From Squalus acanthias (Eukaryota): 64,000 nt of DNA. The DNA is taken from the NCBI GenBank assembly GCA_030390025.1, contig CM059445.1, positions 48,236,001 through 48,300,000 of the forward strand, in the 5' to 3' direction. Position numbers and translations under genes: made by a program. Shown piece by piece: positions 12,931 to 26,025 of the stretch. Within the stretch, counting starts at the first letter, position 1; the number at the start of each line of letters is the position of its first letter. The notes below the pieces were generated by a model, which saw nothing but the letters and a program-made list of their open reading frames with translations, did not search any database and was not told the origin of the DNA.

Positions 12931-15900
12931 TTCCAGCCTAGCCCAATGAACCATTTGCAAATTTTTAAATTTTACTTTGCATGAATTGCAGTTATACTGC
13001 AGGTGATGTGAAACTGAAGTATTGTGAGACTGCCTTCCTCGAGCGGGTCTCAAACTGCCAGTCTAAATTCAATTTGCATCACTTCACACCCGAATTACAT
13101 TATACACTTTTTGTTTCCTGCAAAGTCAAAATTGCTTCACATTGGTGCAAAATGTGTAATATAATTGGAGAGCAGGAATGTCCAGAACCATTTACTGGTA
13201 AAACAAAAAAATGATATCTCGTAAAATGTTTACTGTGTTCCAGATGTCTCCAGCACCTTATGATCATGGAAGGTGGAAATGTGCCAAATTCTCCCGAGTA
13301 CAAAACTGGCTCTTTGCCAAACCTTCTCTGAGCAAAGCAACAAAGAATTTTTAGAGTGTATAACTTTCAGTGGTGAAATGTAACTAATCTTTTTTAAATA
13401 CATAATTTTTAAATTTGATGTAAAAAAAAAATCACCTTTCTACTATTCAAAACAAAAGAGAAAGCCCAGAAAAAACAGGACTATTCCGAAGAGGTGAAGA
13501 TAAAATTTTTGCAAATATCTGACCCTCTAACAGTTAACAGATGACTAGCCATGCCGTTTTCTAAGAGTGGGAGTATTGTGTCTCTATGGTAGTAATCAGG
13601 TTAGTGCTACTGTATGCCATACATTATTTATATTCTAAAGGTAAAATCAGGACAGTACTGTGCCTGTTTACAAGGATTCAAGCATCTACATGCAGAAAGG
13701 CAAGTTAATCATCGCAGTGTCTCAATGGCCCACTTAATTTCTATTGTATTCTGTTATGCTGCTGTCTTTCTCCCTTCCCTACCCCACCATCCAATCTTTG
13801 CTCTACAAATTTGAGTGAAATCAAATAATATAATCTATGATCCTCTGTCCTGGGAACAAGCTGTCTGGTAATTACTTGCATATGGGTAGAGGCAGGTGAA
13901 AGGACTAACAATTTCAACTTAAAAGATGTACAGAATTTTTTTTTAAACTTGCTGATCCTAACCAGACCAGACTGTGCTATCTGCCAACACATTCCCTCAT
14001 ATCCTATCCTATCCCCATCTCGCTATTGCCCTTCACACAGGCTCTTGTTGCCTGCTGCTGTACAAATACAACTGAAATTAAAAATCAGACTCCTCTGTGC
14101 AGCCGCTGTTGCGTTTGAAGATTTCTTGATGTCCAAAACTTTAAGATATGAGAAATATTTGTTTTCCTATCCAAATGTTTTAAGCGTGAAAATCCTTCCC
14201 AGAAAATGTCTTTCTCCCCTTCTCCTGCCTACTCTCCAGATAAGCTGCATGTCAGAAGATAAACAATTCAAAAACAGTTTAGGATGCCAGAGAATCAGTC
14301 TTTCTGTTTTCTAACTAAACAAGTTGCAAGTTAGTTACACATGAGATAGATGTGGATGGGGACGGCAATTCAGCTCAGAAAGAACCGACCGTTCCACCAA
14401 ATGCAGCATTCTAATGGTGTCTTAAAATGATCCCAGGAGTTTTGCCTGCCTGACTCTACCCAAAAGCCCATTCTACCTCTTGATCATTCCATGTATTGAT
14501 CACTCTGTGCAAAGAACTTCCTGATAATCAGTTTGAAAATTGTTTTTTTTGTTAGTTTGAACCTTGTCCTACTGTCACAATTTAGCTATGTTACAGATTT
14601 AAATTTTCTATAACATTTACTACCTTATATATTTTTTAAGATGTCCCCTCTTAGTCTCTTGCTTTCAGGGGTGAAGAGCCCAATCTTTTGCAGTCTTTCC
14701 TCAGAACACAGATCTCTGATGCTAGGATTCAGTCTAAAGGTCTCTGGATCATCTCAAGTGCTTGAAACTCTGTCCAAAAACTGGACTCAAAAGGTCAAGA
14801 TCCTGAGATCTACTCTATGCCACTTTTAAAGCAGATACTACTATTTTTAATCATTACATTTATACTGTCTTTTATACAGGAGTACTTGGCACTTTATGTT
14901 ATCAGCTTCACCCTGCTGTAATCTAGTATATAGTCCCATGTATGACAGCCGAGTTGTGTCCAGTTCTGATACTAAACCTAGATAGTCAGTAATATTCTGG
15001 TTCCTCATATCTTGAGGTGTAAGTCTTTGTACTTTAGCCTGTTTTGCTCAGTGCTGAATAAAGTAAAAGCAGTATAAGAAGAAAGTAGAAAATTGTTATA
15101 AAGTACTGAAGAAAATGAAAATGATTTTTCAACTCTGTACCTAGTTACATTCAGCCCTCTCAAGTCAGGTATAGTATAGGTTAGAAGTAACAAATCAAGA
15201 TCCCTGCTAGCTTAGTTAATATACGGACCAGGAGCTCCCATGTTTCATTTCTAGTCTGTGCAAAGTAAGCTGATATTAGCCAGTCTTATGGCACTACAAT
15301 TGGCCTGTATTCCTCTTGTATTGTTATGTAGGAAGACTCCAGGAGGTGAAGAGTAGGTCACCGAAAAAGCATAAAGATTGGGAGGGAGCGGGTCATGGGA
15401 GAAACAGAGAAATCTGGTGGGAGTGGGCGACTGAAAGAAACACATGCTTTTGGACACATAGTGGAGCCTTGGACACATGACAGCTCCTGGAAATTGTGGT
15501 TTCATTGGATGGCGCATTGACACAGTTCAAATATAGGTAGTCAACTGGCTGGAATGGAGATTGGGAAGTACTTGGGGAGGGGGGCATGGTGTATCTGGAG
15601 CCTTGAACGTTCAGAGGCCCAGGTGAGTGCACCATGCTGTTTGGTAGGAAACTTATTGAGCAACGTTTATAGGTTAAAAAAAATTACAAATATATGCATT
15701 ATGCTGAATTTTAATTTTAACAGTATAAAATGGGGTAGATTAGAAACTGTCATGTGGTTTCTATATTACTTCTCTTTTTCTGGAATATGTTTGGGCAAAA
15801 AAAAATGGATAAACTGTGACTGGCTAAAATGTAAATGTGGAGAAACATTTTGTGCAATATGATTGGTTATTTTTCTACTTTCATTATTCATCAATTAGAA

Positions 15901-16081
15901 AAAAGCACACAAATACTTAAACACTTAACCAATGAGGAAGAAAACGGTCATACTCGATGGTCAAGATGTATACAGCGGTTAAGACTTAGATGGCTGACAG
16001 AAGATTGCATGTGCGCACCTACATGGAATATACACATTCCAGATATACATTTAAGGGCATTGACTATAGCTGTCACTGTAC

Positions 16082-16214
16082 CCAGTTCATGTGCTGTGGT
16101 GTAGGCTGCCTGAAGTCCATCATCCTCTATCACGGCACAGCTCCTACTTGAGTCACACATGGTCCCGGTGTCCGCCACCCCAACGGTGTTACAGTTCTCA
16201 TGGCCACAGATGTC
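16082..16214 (-). CDS. ADAMTS8: ADAMTS8-like coding exon 2 (metalloprotease domain, ends HELG)
   Basis: tcacag|GACATC acceptor; [45 protein letters not shown]; G|gtacag donor; 133 bp, same length as the paralogous exon at 59455-59587. Confidence 0.93.
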
Positions 16215-17087
16215 CTGTGAGGAAGGAAAAGAGACAACTTCTCAAATATTCTCACTCCAAACTGAAAATGGTTAAAAAAAAAAGGCTATAGTTGCTTGAA
16301 TCAAATTGTACTACTACAGGAAATATATTTATAATGTTCACACCTGCCTCATTTATTTCACAAAAGCATTAAACCAATTTTTGAAATTAAAAAAATGTTA
16401 CAACAGACTTGTGAATAAAATACCACAAGACCAAAATTCTAAATCTCTCACATGACTAGGAGGTCCGTCCGTGGATCAAATCCAATGTTTGCATATATAC
16501 AACCAGTAAATGACAGGAACAAATCTTTAATTAAAAGAAATTAACCTGCGGTACCAGCTGGGAGTACATGTAACTCATTGAGTGATAATTCAATTCAGCC
16601 CATATGGAATAAACTCCATCTCTGCTGTCACACTCAATTGTCCTCTCTTTCAAATCTGGATTTTTCATGGGTTGGCTCCCAGTCACAAATTCCTAGAAAA
16701 TGCATTTGTATACAGAATAACGTCTACATACTTAAAAGGACAACATTAAAATAAAACCCTCAGTGGATAAATTTAACATCCCTGAACTTTCAAAATAGAG
16801 AACACAAAGTAATGAATTAAATTTAATATTCTACATGGTTTGCTGAAAAAAAAGTGTTCATCTAAAATACCTAATTTCTAATGAACGGAACTGAAACTCT
16901 TCAAATGTTTTATTGAAATGAGGACATTCAAGCTATTAAACACTTTCCTCTGGCCTCATATTTTAGTTTTCTGTCCCCCCCCCCCCCCAATCAGCATCAA
17001 ACATTTTGCATCAGTCACTGTAGTTTAAATGAAAAAAAATCTCCGAATATTTGGAAAATAGCAGCAGAAATGACTTTACTGTTTTGT

Positions 17088-17325
17088 ATGATAGCAAAAT
17101 ACTGCAAATGCTGGAAATCCAAAATAACAACAGAAAACGCTGGAAAAACTCAGCAGGCCAGGCAGCATCCGTGGAGAGAGAAACAGAGTTGACGTTTCAG
17201 GTCGAAGACCTTTTCGTCAGAACAAAAGTTCTGACGAAGGGTCTTCGACCTGAAACGTCAACTCTGTTTCTCTCTCCACGGATGCTGCTTGGCCTGCTGA
17301 GTTTTTCCAGCGTTTTCTGTTGTTA
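17088..17325. mobile_element. Palindromic Penelope-like element remnant, family A, with hammerhead motifs on both strands
   Basis: About 100 bp near-perfect inverted arms centred near 17225; 12 bp direct repeat TTACTGTTTTGT at 17076-17087 and 17326-17337; CTGACGA...GAAACGTC cores. Confidence 0.8.
17227..17263 (+). ncRNA. Minimal type I hammerhead ribozyme motif (mirror copy on minus strand at 17187-17223)
   Basis: AGTT-CTGACGA-A-GGGTC-TTC-GACCT-GAAAC-GTC-AACT: helix I AGTT/AACT, helix II hairpin, self-complementary ACGT helix III, GUC cleavage triplet. Confidence 0.72.
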
Positions 17326-20300
17326 TTACTGTTTTGTGGCATGTGGTAAGAGTTTGTAATGAAGATCCACTGTAATGGGATCACCTATTGAGAAAAAATA
17401 ACTGGCATTTAAAGGTTTTTAATGTTTGCTTTACAGTAGCACAATTAACTTTCTATTAGTTAAGAAAAGACTATTTGAAGAAGAAGAGAAGATTTGGGTG
17501 CTTATATTAATCCATTAACATGAACACAAATGTATGCCCAAGTCACTTTAGAAAAGAAGTTTGCACATTTTCTGATACGGGCTCAGTCCCATCATTTAGT
17601 GCCAGGCGTTCGGTTTACTATTTTTATAGAACCCTTCTGGTACGTCCTCCTGCTCAGTAACTCCCATTTCAACTCTCCCCAAAGGACATACTCCTGGACT
17701 GCAGCACCTAAGGAGAAATGTTTATACAACTTTACGAGTAGCAGTTTACAGCAGCTGCCAACACTCTCGAGTGATCTGATTGCTGAAACCTTGAATAAAC
17801 AGTTTCAAGACCAGGTAGAGTTTCTGCATTGAAATCTTTACCTGTCCAGTACCGTAACCTAGACTTAAGACTTCACACTGGCGTAAAGCGAAAGGGCTTG
17901 TCATTTCTAGTATTTTCACAAGGACAGAAATAGTCCCTCTCTCATGGCTAAGCAGTGAGATAAGATAATTATATCCAGAAATCATGTGCTGGGTTATTAG
18001 AGCTATCCTTGCCACTGCAGTTATTAACATCTCATTGGCTGTAAGATTTTATTAATAAACTTGTCAAATCATAACTTAGAAATGGACTAGACTGGACTGG
18101 TTGGGCCGAATGGCCTGTTTCTGTGCTGTATATCCGATGTACAATAAATGTCATAGTTTTCTATTATATCACAGATATGAAAAATAGCTCCATAGCTTCC
18201 ACACTAGGTCTGTGATGGTACAGTCTGACTGTACAGTCCGTTACCCCTTCCCTAAACCCGACTGTTGAACCAAACTCTGCTTCACTTGCCCATTTCTTGG
18301 GGCGGTTAATGTTGACCTGTAATTCACCTTCTGTGGGTTTCCCACTTAACCATAGTGAATGGGGGGAGAGTGAGAGGCAGGACTCCACCAGTCCACCAGT
18401 TAGTTCACTGTCTGCGAGATTGTTCGAACTATGCCCCACCCCTCATTTGCGATTAGCACAGAGCTGAGAGCAACAGGAGCCGGCAGCTGAGTGTGGAAGG
18501 AAACATCTCGGTTACTGGGCACAAGTATTGTACCAGGGCTGATCGGAGCTGGTCAGACACATCACTCACTGGCCAGTAACAGGGCTATAAATATTGACTT
18601 CCTCCTTGCTTCATTATCACACTACATGCCATGCGTTATTTACCTGCCGAACAGGATACCCGGTGCTCAAAGATTAATAATTTATTTGAGCACAACACAC
18701 AGAGAAAGACAGGCACACAGACTGAGGACATGGGGAGCTAACTGCCTGGGACATGTGACATTATTACAGCTGCAATTTCTTCTCCAAATGAGCCTTTTTT
18801 GTCAATTCCACACAAACAACTCTGTCTGTCTGTCGGTCGGTGATTTCCCCCTCCCTCTGCCGGAGCCGCTGTGAACTCCCTGTACAGATCCGTGGCGGAA
18901 ACTTGGTGAGGTGACCCCCCCCCCCCCCCCCCCGCTTTAAGGGAGCGATTCCACCACCGGAGCAAGGGGGCGGGGATTTGCAGCCTTCCCACCTCCCTGC
19001 AATAGAGCAGGTAAAAGCCCCAGCCAGCAGCAGCAGGGGGTGGGAATGGAAACATATTGCAGTCAGTGTGGGGACCGACTCCAGCCGGGCTCAGCACCAT
19101 TGACATGAACCCAGCACTCACCCATCACCACGGTTACTTGCAGTCCCACAGAACTGGTGCCAGTACGGATAATCTTTGATTGCTTTGGTAGCGACACAAA
19201 GATTTCAATTTCGCTGCACACAACGACAATTCTCAAAAGCAGAAGCCAGTTCAAATGTGTTTCCCCATGGGTTTACAATTGCCACACCTTCTCTCCTTCC
19301 TCTCTCCCTTTCCCTCCCTCATCACGAAATCGCATCTGATGATTCCTTCCCCCCCTTCCCAAACATTTTTTCCCCCTGCCTGGTTGTTCTCTGGCCCAGA
19401 GCGGTCCCACCCACCCACGTGTCCTTCCAAACAGGCGCCCTGTGCAGTCCCAGAATCAGAAGCAACTGGTCCAGTCAATGTCATCCCTGGAACACGGGGC
19501 GGCCGGGGAGTGTCAGTTTCAACGGCACTTGCACACTGCACGGTGCAAATGTGCGACTAGCATTGACCTGTGAACATTTAGCTGTCAGCCCGGGAGTGTT
19601 CGGAATAGATCACTTGTCTGAATCACTGACAAGTCCATCCCAGCGCAATGGGAGCTGCACTGACCGATAGTCACTGCATTAGTTCAAATTTAAGATGATT
19701 GCGCTCTGCACATTTTCCCAAAGCCGTTCGTTAGCCGGGTCGATACTATCAGTCATCGGGTAAAAGCTGCCTTGGACTCAGGTCCCATCCCGCATCTCCC
19801 TCTTGAACCAGGGTTCGTGGGATTCGCTGTAACTGGCCGCGTTTACACTGTCGGTGTGAAGTGGTTTGGGGACACACAGCAAGGCAACGGTGGCAGTGTC
19901 GTTCAGAATATGAAGTGTACTAACGACCCTGAGACTGTGTGACCAACTCCCCGCCCTGCAAGAGTCGGTGTCACACCGGTTTGACTCCCCATTATAAATC
20001 TGGTGGCGATTTAATAGGGGTGGTTCCAAATTATGAAGGGTTTTGACGGGAGTAGATCGGGAGAGATTTCCCACTGGCGGGAAGGTCGGCAACCAGAGGA
20101 CACAGATTGGCAAAAATTGGCAAAAAAGTCCAGGAGGGAAATTTTAAGCAGCGAGTTGTTAGAATCTGGAATGCATTGAAAGGGTGGTGGAAACTGATTC
20201 AATGGTAACTTTCAAAAGTGGATTGAAAAGGAAAACACATTTGCTGGGCTCTGGGAGAGTGGGGATTCTTGGATCGCTCTTACAAAGAGCCAGCACAGGC

Positions 20301-20365
20301 ATGGTGGGCCGAAGGGCCGCCCCCTCCTGCGCTGCAGGGTTCTGCTTCCTTCAGCCATACCTTAC

Positions 20366-21334
20366 CTGGTGGGTGAACAAGATAGCCGTGTCGAAGTGCT
20401 CGGGGTGCCGGTCGCTCGGGTGGTTGTAATCCAGCTGCCAGTTGCAGAAGTTGCGCAGAGTCAGACCGGCGTTGCTGGAGACGGCCGGCCCCTCGCCCTC
20501 GTCCTCCACCAGCAAGACCTTCACCACCACCACGTTGACCAGGTTCCTGATGCTGGGGTCCTTGTAGAGCCGAGCTGCCACCGCCAGCAGGGTGAGCAGG
20601 TAGTGCTGCAAGCCGGCTCCGTGGAACCTCGTCATGGACTCGTCGGCCACCAGCATGGTCTCGATGTAACGCGCCTCGGACACGAATCTCTTGCTTCTGG
20701 GCTGGTGGACCTGCCCTTGGCTGCTGCTGTTGTCCATCTCCTCCTGCTGCCCGCTCAAGATCTCGCTCCTGGGTTTGAAGAAGTTGGGGTGGTCGGGCGC
20801 ACGTTGGCCAGGATGGGCGCATCTCTCTGCTTCTCCCTGCGCCGCTCCCTGGTCGATCCTCCTCCGGATCAGGTGAGGGCGGATCGGGCTCTCCCCAGGG
20901 CTCACCGGCTGGATCAGGTACTCCTCCCCGTCCGTGTAAAAAGCGCCCTGGATCCCCTGGCACAGACTGACGGCCACCATCGAGCCGGGGCTGGAGTTGA
21001 CCTCTCCCGAATAGAAACACCTCCTTAGGTCGGTGTCCCCCTGGGCTTGGCCAGCCCGGGCTCGGCCAATGCGTTGGACGGTGAAAGCCGGGGCCAGGAA
21101 GCTGGAGTCGGGGACCAGCCTCAGGATAAAATTTCTGCCGAAAGCCCCGAGCTGGAAGACCAGCAGATCCGCTTGTAGCTCAGGTGCGCCTGGCGTCTCC
21201 AGGCGCCCGGCTCTGCCCTCCAATCTGATGGGAGTCACCTCGGCCACACAGGCATCGAGAGCCCCCAGAGCCACCGAACGACACGCGAGCAGGGCTGAAA
21301 CTGTGCTGAGCAGCAAGGGGATTCTGCAGAACAT
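20366..21334 (-). CDS. ADAMTS8: ADAMTS8-like coding exon 1 (signal peptide, prodomain, furin site, start of metalloprotease domain)
   Basis: ATG at 21334 (MFCRIPLLLSTVSALLAC, hydrophobic signal-like); prodomain motifs LVPDSSFLAP and CFYSGEVN; RSKR|FVSEARYIETMLVAD; ends DTAILFTHQ at a CAG|gtaag donor; 969 bp, phase 0. FVSEAR and NxGLTLRNFCNWQ resemble ADAMTS8. Confidence 0.92.
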
Positions 21335-21559
21335 CTCGCTCAGTGTTTCAAATTCAAATCGAATAAAACAATTTAATAAGAAATACAAATATGCACTTTT
21401 TTTTGTGGCTTGGATAAAGTCTCTCACTGCTCCAGAAGATCCTATCTGTCTCCCAGCAGCTCCTGATAATTCAACCAGTTGGTATAACGAGTCTCCCTTA
21501 TTTGCAGAAGGTCTTTGCTTGGGGTTCAATGCACTGTAGTGACTGGGATCTCCCGCGGC

Positions 21560-21790
21560 TGCAGCACCAGTGAGCGGCTGGAAAGCGACCGTCTTTTATA
21601 CTCTTCTCAACCGCCTCCATTGACATAAGCGGTTTTATTTTTACTCGACCCCCTCGCTTTGATCACTTTCGCGATCCAGCTTTGCCCTCCCCGCACTTGG
21701 AAAGTTGCACTGACTTTGCTGCGAACTTTCCGCCAATCAGCGGCCGGCTCGCCACGCCCCCCTCCCGCTCTCGCTTTAACCCTTCGACCG
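21560..21790 (-). promoter_or_regulatory. ADAMTS8 proximal promoter (TATA box, ATF/CEBP-like site, CCAAT)
   Basis: TATAAAAG on the minus strand at 21593-21600; TGACATAA at 21621-21628; CCAAT at about 21733; CpG-rich; about 260 bp upstream of the ATG. Confidence 0.65.
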
Positions 21791-22136
21791 CTCCAGGGAT
21801 CAGAAGAGAAAGGACCGAGTTCCCCATTTCCCTCTGCGACGGTCAGCACCGAGCACGCCAAGTTAAAAAAAAATAGTCCAATAAATAGGGAAACAGTCAA
21901 TGCCGGAAACGCTCAGCGGGTCTGGCCGCAATCTCACAGCACAGAAGGAGGCCATTCGGCCCACCGTGCCTGTGCTAGCTCTTTGAGAAAGCTCTCCCAT
22001 CAGTCCTACACGCCCCGGCTCTTTCCCCATAGTCATCTGTGGAGATCGGGGGGACTCTGTCAGATCGAACCCTTCTTCAGAACTGGAACTGCTTGGAGCA
22101 TTGGGTCTTATCTGTTAGCAATTCAATCCATCCATT

Positions 22137-22249
22137 GAAAGAAAGACTTGCATTTATAGAGCGCTTTTCACGACCACCGGACGCCCCAAAGCGCTTTACA
22201 GCCATTGAAGTACTTTTGAAGTGTAGTCACTGTTGTAATGTAGGAAACA
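22137..22249 (-). mobile_element. SacSINE1-like 3' end
   Basis: GAAAGAAAGACTTGCATTTATA...GTCACTGTTGTAATGTAGGAAAC. A similar plus-strand 3' end lies at 27055-27165. Confidence 0.7.
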
Positions 22250-23020
22250 TTCAACACAGATCAATTCTACCGCTTTAATATGGTAATCAGAATATAAAAC
22301 AGTTGAGAATTCTGCTGTGTGTCACTGAGAGGGGAAAGGGGCTCCCGGCACTGAGATACAGTGACCTGTCAACTCAGAGTATCTTTATTAAGATCAGGTG
22401 TAGATTGAGACATTTCCTCTTCATTTAGTTTGATGCTGATATCATTTCCTGACATTAACCAGTGAAACACACACAGGCTCGCGTGGCACACAGCACCTGC
22501 ACTGGCGCAGTGACTGCTCGCCGCGCTTCCCTTTCTTTCAAAATTACTTCAATATGGGAGGGACAACCTTTTTTTTATTGAGAGCCCCGACCAGAATGGC
22601 TCCACTGCCGGCAGACTGGTTCAATTTGTGGAAGCCAAGCTCCGTGTCGGTCAGTCTACTTCAACCTAATCGGCTGCAGGCGAACTTCTCCTGGGCCGGC
22701 GACGCGCTGTAAATCTCTCCAGCGGCTGCATTGATCAAAGCGAGCACCGAGTCAGGAGCTTCACAGAGACGGGACTTGGGTATTTGGGAAGCGCTGGGCT
22801 GCCTCTCACCTGCCAACTTTCACTTTACAAAAAAAAGAAATCACGTTACTTTATGAATGAAATCTCCTCGACGCCGTGTCCCAGTTTTCTCTATATTTCT
22901 GTTTTTACTTTGTGCCTCAAGTGTTTACTATTATATACCTGCCCATTGCTCGCCGCCTCTTTCTTTCACACAAATTCCCACTAGAACTTGACTTTCGCTG
23001 AAGAAGAGTTCTACAATTTG

Positions 23021-24256
23021 CCACATGGTGGCAGTATTGTCTAAGAATTCTGCAATATCTATAATGTATTATGATTTCGTTATAATATTAGTTGCAAAGT
23101 GTTTTCAATAAATAATTGCACAGAGCCTCATAGCACAGTATATATATTTTAATATAATTTTTTGGCAGACAGTTGCAAATAGATTAAAAATGCTGCTTTT
23201 GTAGATTATGAAGGTAAACCCAGGCTACTCACGCGCAGAAATAAACATAAGCAATTTACTTACTATAATAATAGACTGCAAATTATTATGCAGTATGAAT
23301 TTTCTGTTTCGTTGAAAGATGTTGATCATTTAAGATACAAAACTATTACAGATAGACTATGTTACACCTCCAGTTTATACCGCCAGATGGCAGTGTTGGT
23401 CTAATCTTGCAAAAAAATAACACAACATAGGAACAGGTATAGGACGTTCAGCCCCTGGAGACTATTCAATTAGATCATGGCTGATCTGTACCTCAACTTT
23501 ACCCATCTTTGCTCCATATCACTTGATGCCCTTACCTAACAAAAATCTATCGAGCTCAGTCTTGAAAATTTCAATTGACCCAGCACCACAGCCTTTTGGG
23601 AGAGTGAGTTCCCAATTTCCACTACCCTTTTTGTGTGGAAAAAGTGCTTCGTGATTGCACTCCTAAACGGCCTGGCTCTCGTTTTAAGATTATGCCCTCT
23701 TGATTTGGGTTCACCCCCGAGGCAATAGTTTATCCATATCTACCCAATCCAATCCTGTTACTATTTTAAATACCTCAATTAGATCACCTCTCAATCGCCT
23801 AAACTCAATGGAATTTAAAAAAAAGTTTATGCAACCTGTCCTAATAATTTAACCCTTTAAACCCTGGTATTATTCTGATGAATCTGTGCTATATCCCTTC
23901 CAGGGCCAATATATCTTTCCTAAAGTTGGGTGCCTAAAACTAAATGCCGTACTCCAGATGGGAGTCTGACCCAGGCTCTGTACAAATTAAGGATCACATC
24001 CTCCCTTTTAAATTCCTGCCCCCTTGAGATAATGGCCAACATTTCATTCGCATTTTTAATTACTTATTTGCATCTAATTTAAAGCTTCAAATGTGTCATT
24101 GCTGTATTTCTAATTTATTACATCTATGTAATGTCATATCTCTTTTTATTAATATCGTCAAAGAGGTTGCTGAAATAAATTACTTATTTCCAACACCGTG
24201 TTGACAGGGTTCTTGCTTTTGACTCATTTACTTAAACTATCCACCAGGTGGCAGCA
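23021..24256 (+). promoter_or_regulatory. Cluster of three CTCF-like core motifs
   Basis: CCACATGGTGGCAG (23021), CCGCCAGATGGCAG (23380), CCACCAGGTGGCAG (24241), compared by eye with the CCASYAGRKGGCR consensus; all the same orientation. Confidence 0.55.
23425..24070 (-). mobile_element. CR1-clade LINE 3' fragment
   Basis: ACATAGGAACAGG...TTCAGCCCCTGGAG tail followed by degenerate ORF2 C-terminal sequence; same tail at 278-362 and 2280-2400. Confidence 0.72.
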
Positions 24257-25193
24257 TATTTGTTTTTGTCGGAGAATTACTTTCTCCAGCCAATTGGCCT
24301 GTAGGTTCACCAGTATAAATAAATAGAAAGAGGACCAAGTGTATAAAAAAATTATGATATGTAATTTGTGCTTAAGCTTCAGTAAATTAAGAAAACATAA
24401 AGCTTGGAAGGATGTATAATTGAATAGATTCTGAGAAGGATAGATATTTTCTCAGGCAGTCACACCTTTAAGAGTGAGCATTCTCCAAGAAGAGATTGAT
24501 TCTGTGGGGAATCCTGTGTCTTGCACCATTCTGTTACATTTTTCCCAGATAATCTCAGTATGAATTGCACTGCAGATAAATTATGAGGTCGCAAAGTTTA
24601 AATTGCAAATAAACACATATATCTGAGATTTGTATATAAGATAATCATTCCTGGTAGCTCACTATTGCTGATAAAAGAATGGTATTTGGGTGCAAGTGGA
24701 CTGATTCACCCATGAGGAATTTCAATTCATTTAGTTAATGTCCATCAGCTGTGAAGACAGTTCATTGTAATGGTGCGTTCTGGCCTCCAAGGTTGCCTTG
24801 AAACAAGAACAGCGGCTCCTGACTGGGAAGAAAAGGGGCAAATGTTAGTACTCACAGTACCCAGGGACAGTGTCCGTTATACTGATTACCCCAGTATTTA
24901 ATCCACGCTACCTAATGGTGCCCATCATCAGAAACACTGTTCATACTATTACAGGTAGTGTCAGCTGTGGCCCAGTGGGTAACAGCCTCGCCTCTGAGGC
25001 AGGAAGTCGTGGGTTTAAGTCCCACTCCAGAGACTTGAGCACATAATCCAGGCTGACACTCCAGGGAGTGCTGCACTGTCAGAGGTGCTGTCTTTCGGAT
25101 GAGACGTTAAACCGACGTCTGCTCTCTCAGGTGGATGTAAAAGATCCCGTGGCACTATTCGAACAAGAGCAGAGGAGTTCCCCGCCCCCCCCC

Positions 25194-25761
25194 CCATGTT
25201 TCCTTTAAGCCGCGCAGCTCTCAGGACCTTACACACAGCTGGCGCTGCTCCTCGGTTTTTGGCTGCACTTCAGTCCCATGCTCCTGATCTTTGGTCACCC
25301 GGTGCGGAGGGGAGCGGGCAGATCGGGGGACCCCCTCGTAGGACTGCTCCTGGGCCTGGCCAAATTGGCCATTAACTGGTCCGGGCAGCGGGCGGTCGAG
25401 GGGGTCGTTCGGCCCGATTGCCTGCCTCTCTTCTGTGGCCATGTTCGTGCCCGGGTGGCCCTGGAGATGGAGCACGCGGTTTCCGCCGACACACTTGAGG
25501 CCTTCCGCGACCGGTGGGCGCCGTGGGGACTGGAATGCATCATCACCCCGGCCAACCAAATTTTAATTTAATTTGTTAAGTTTTATTTAAAGTTTTATTA
25601 AGTTACAGATTATTTGGTTAACCACCCAAAATCAGAAGAGTACACACAGCTGGCTCACTGGCTTTTCAATGCGAGAAACCGTGCATGCAAGGTATTTTGA
25701 ATGGACCGCGCATCCCTTTAAAGGGGCTGTGCACCTAAAAAATAAATAAGAGGGAACATTG
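25194..25761. mobile_element. Small hAT-like non-autonomous DNA element (host of the Tx1-like fragment)
   Basis: Imperfect terminal inverted repeats CATGTTTCCTTTAAG and TAAGAGGGAACATTG; about 160 bp once the inner insert and one duplication copy are removed. hAT assignment is from the recalled terminus motif only. Confidence 0.5.
25244..25640 (+). mobile_element. Tx1/L1-clade LINE 3' fragment
   Basis: ORF end LLGLAKLAINWS...VRARVALE...FRDRW typical of Tx1-type ORF2 C-termini; AT-rich 3' region; 14 bp direct repeat TACACACAGCTGGC at 25230-25243 and 25641-25654. Confidence 0.72.
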
Positions 25762-26025
25762 TCCCCATCCCGATGTCCTGGGGACAATATTTATCCCTCA
25801 ACCAACATCATTAAAATAGATGATCTGGTCATTTATCTCATTGCTGTTTGTGGGAGCTTGCTGTACACAAATTGGCTGCCACGATTCCTACATTACAACA
25901 GTGACTACTCTTCAAAAGTACTTCATTGGTTCGTATGTTCGTAAAGCATTTTGGGATATCCCGAAGTCGTAAAAGATGCTATATAAATGCAAGTTCTCTC
26001 TTTTACAGGTCAATACCCTCTCTTA

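Larger units (their letters stand above)
24958..26002 (+). mobile_element. SacSINE1/DeuSINE-like tRNA-derived SINE interrupted by nested elements
   Basis: tRNA-like head; Deu-domain-like GAGGTGCTGTCTTTCGGATGAGACGTTAAACCGA...AAAGATCCCGTGGCACT; resumes after 25761 and ends GCTATATAAATGCAAG. Confidence 0.78.

Noticed and set aside
18440-19960. GC-rich stretch in ADAMTS8 intron 1 with several 100-160 aa ORFs
   Set aside because: No domain similarity or convincing splice pattern; it may be regulatory but nothing specific can be supported.
21335-21529. 65-codon in-frame extension upstream of the ADAMTS8 ATG in the ORF track
   Set aside because: Starts at TTG, would displace the signal peptide, and lies in the probable 5' UTR. 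The same applies to 37468-37494 for ADAMTS15.
20280-21539. Long overlapping ORFs (246, 219 and 168 aa) in other frames of ADAMTS8 exon 1, and the 214 aa antisense ORF over ADAMTS15 exon 1
   Set aside because: Shadow ORFs of GC-rich coding sequence with no recognisable domain.
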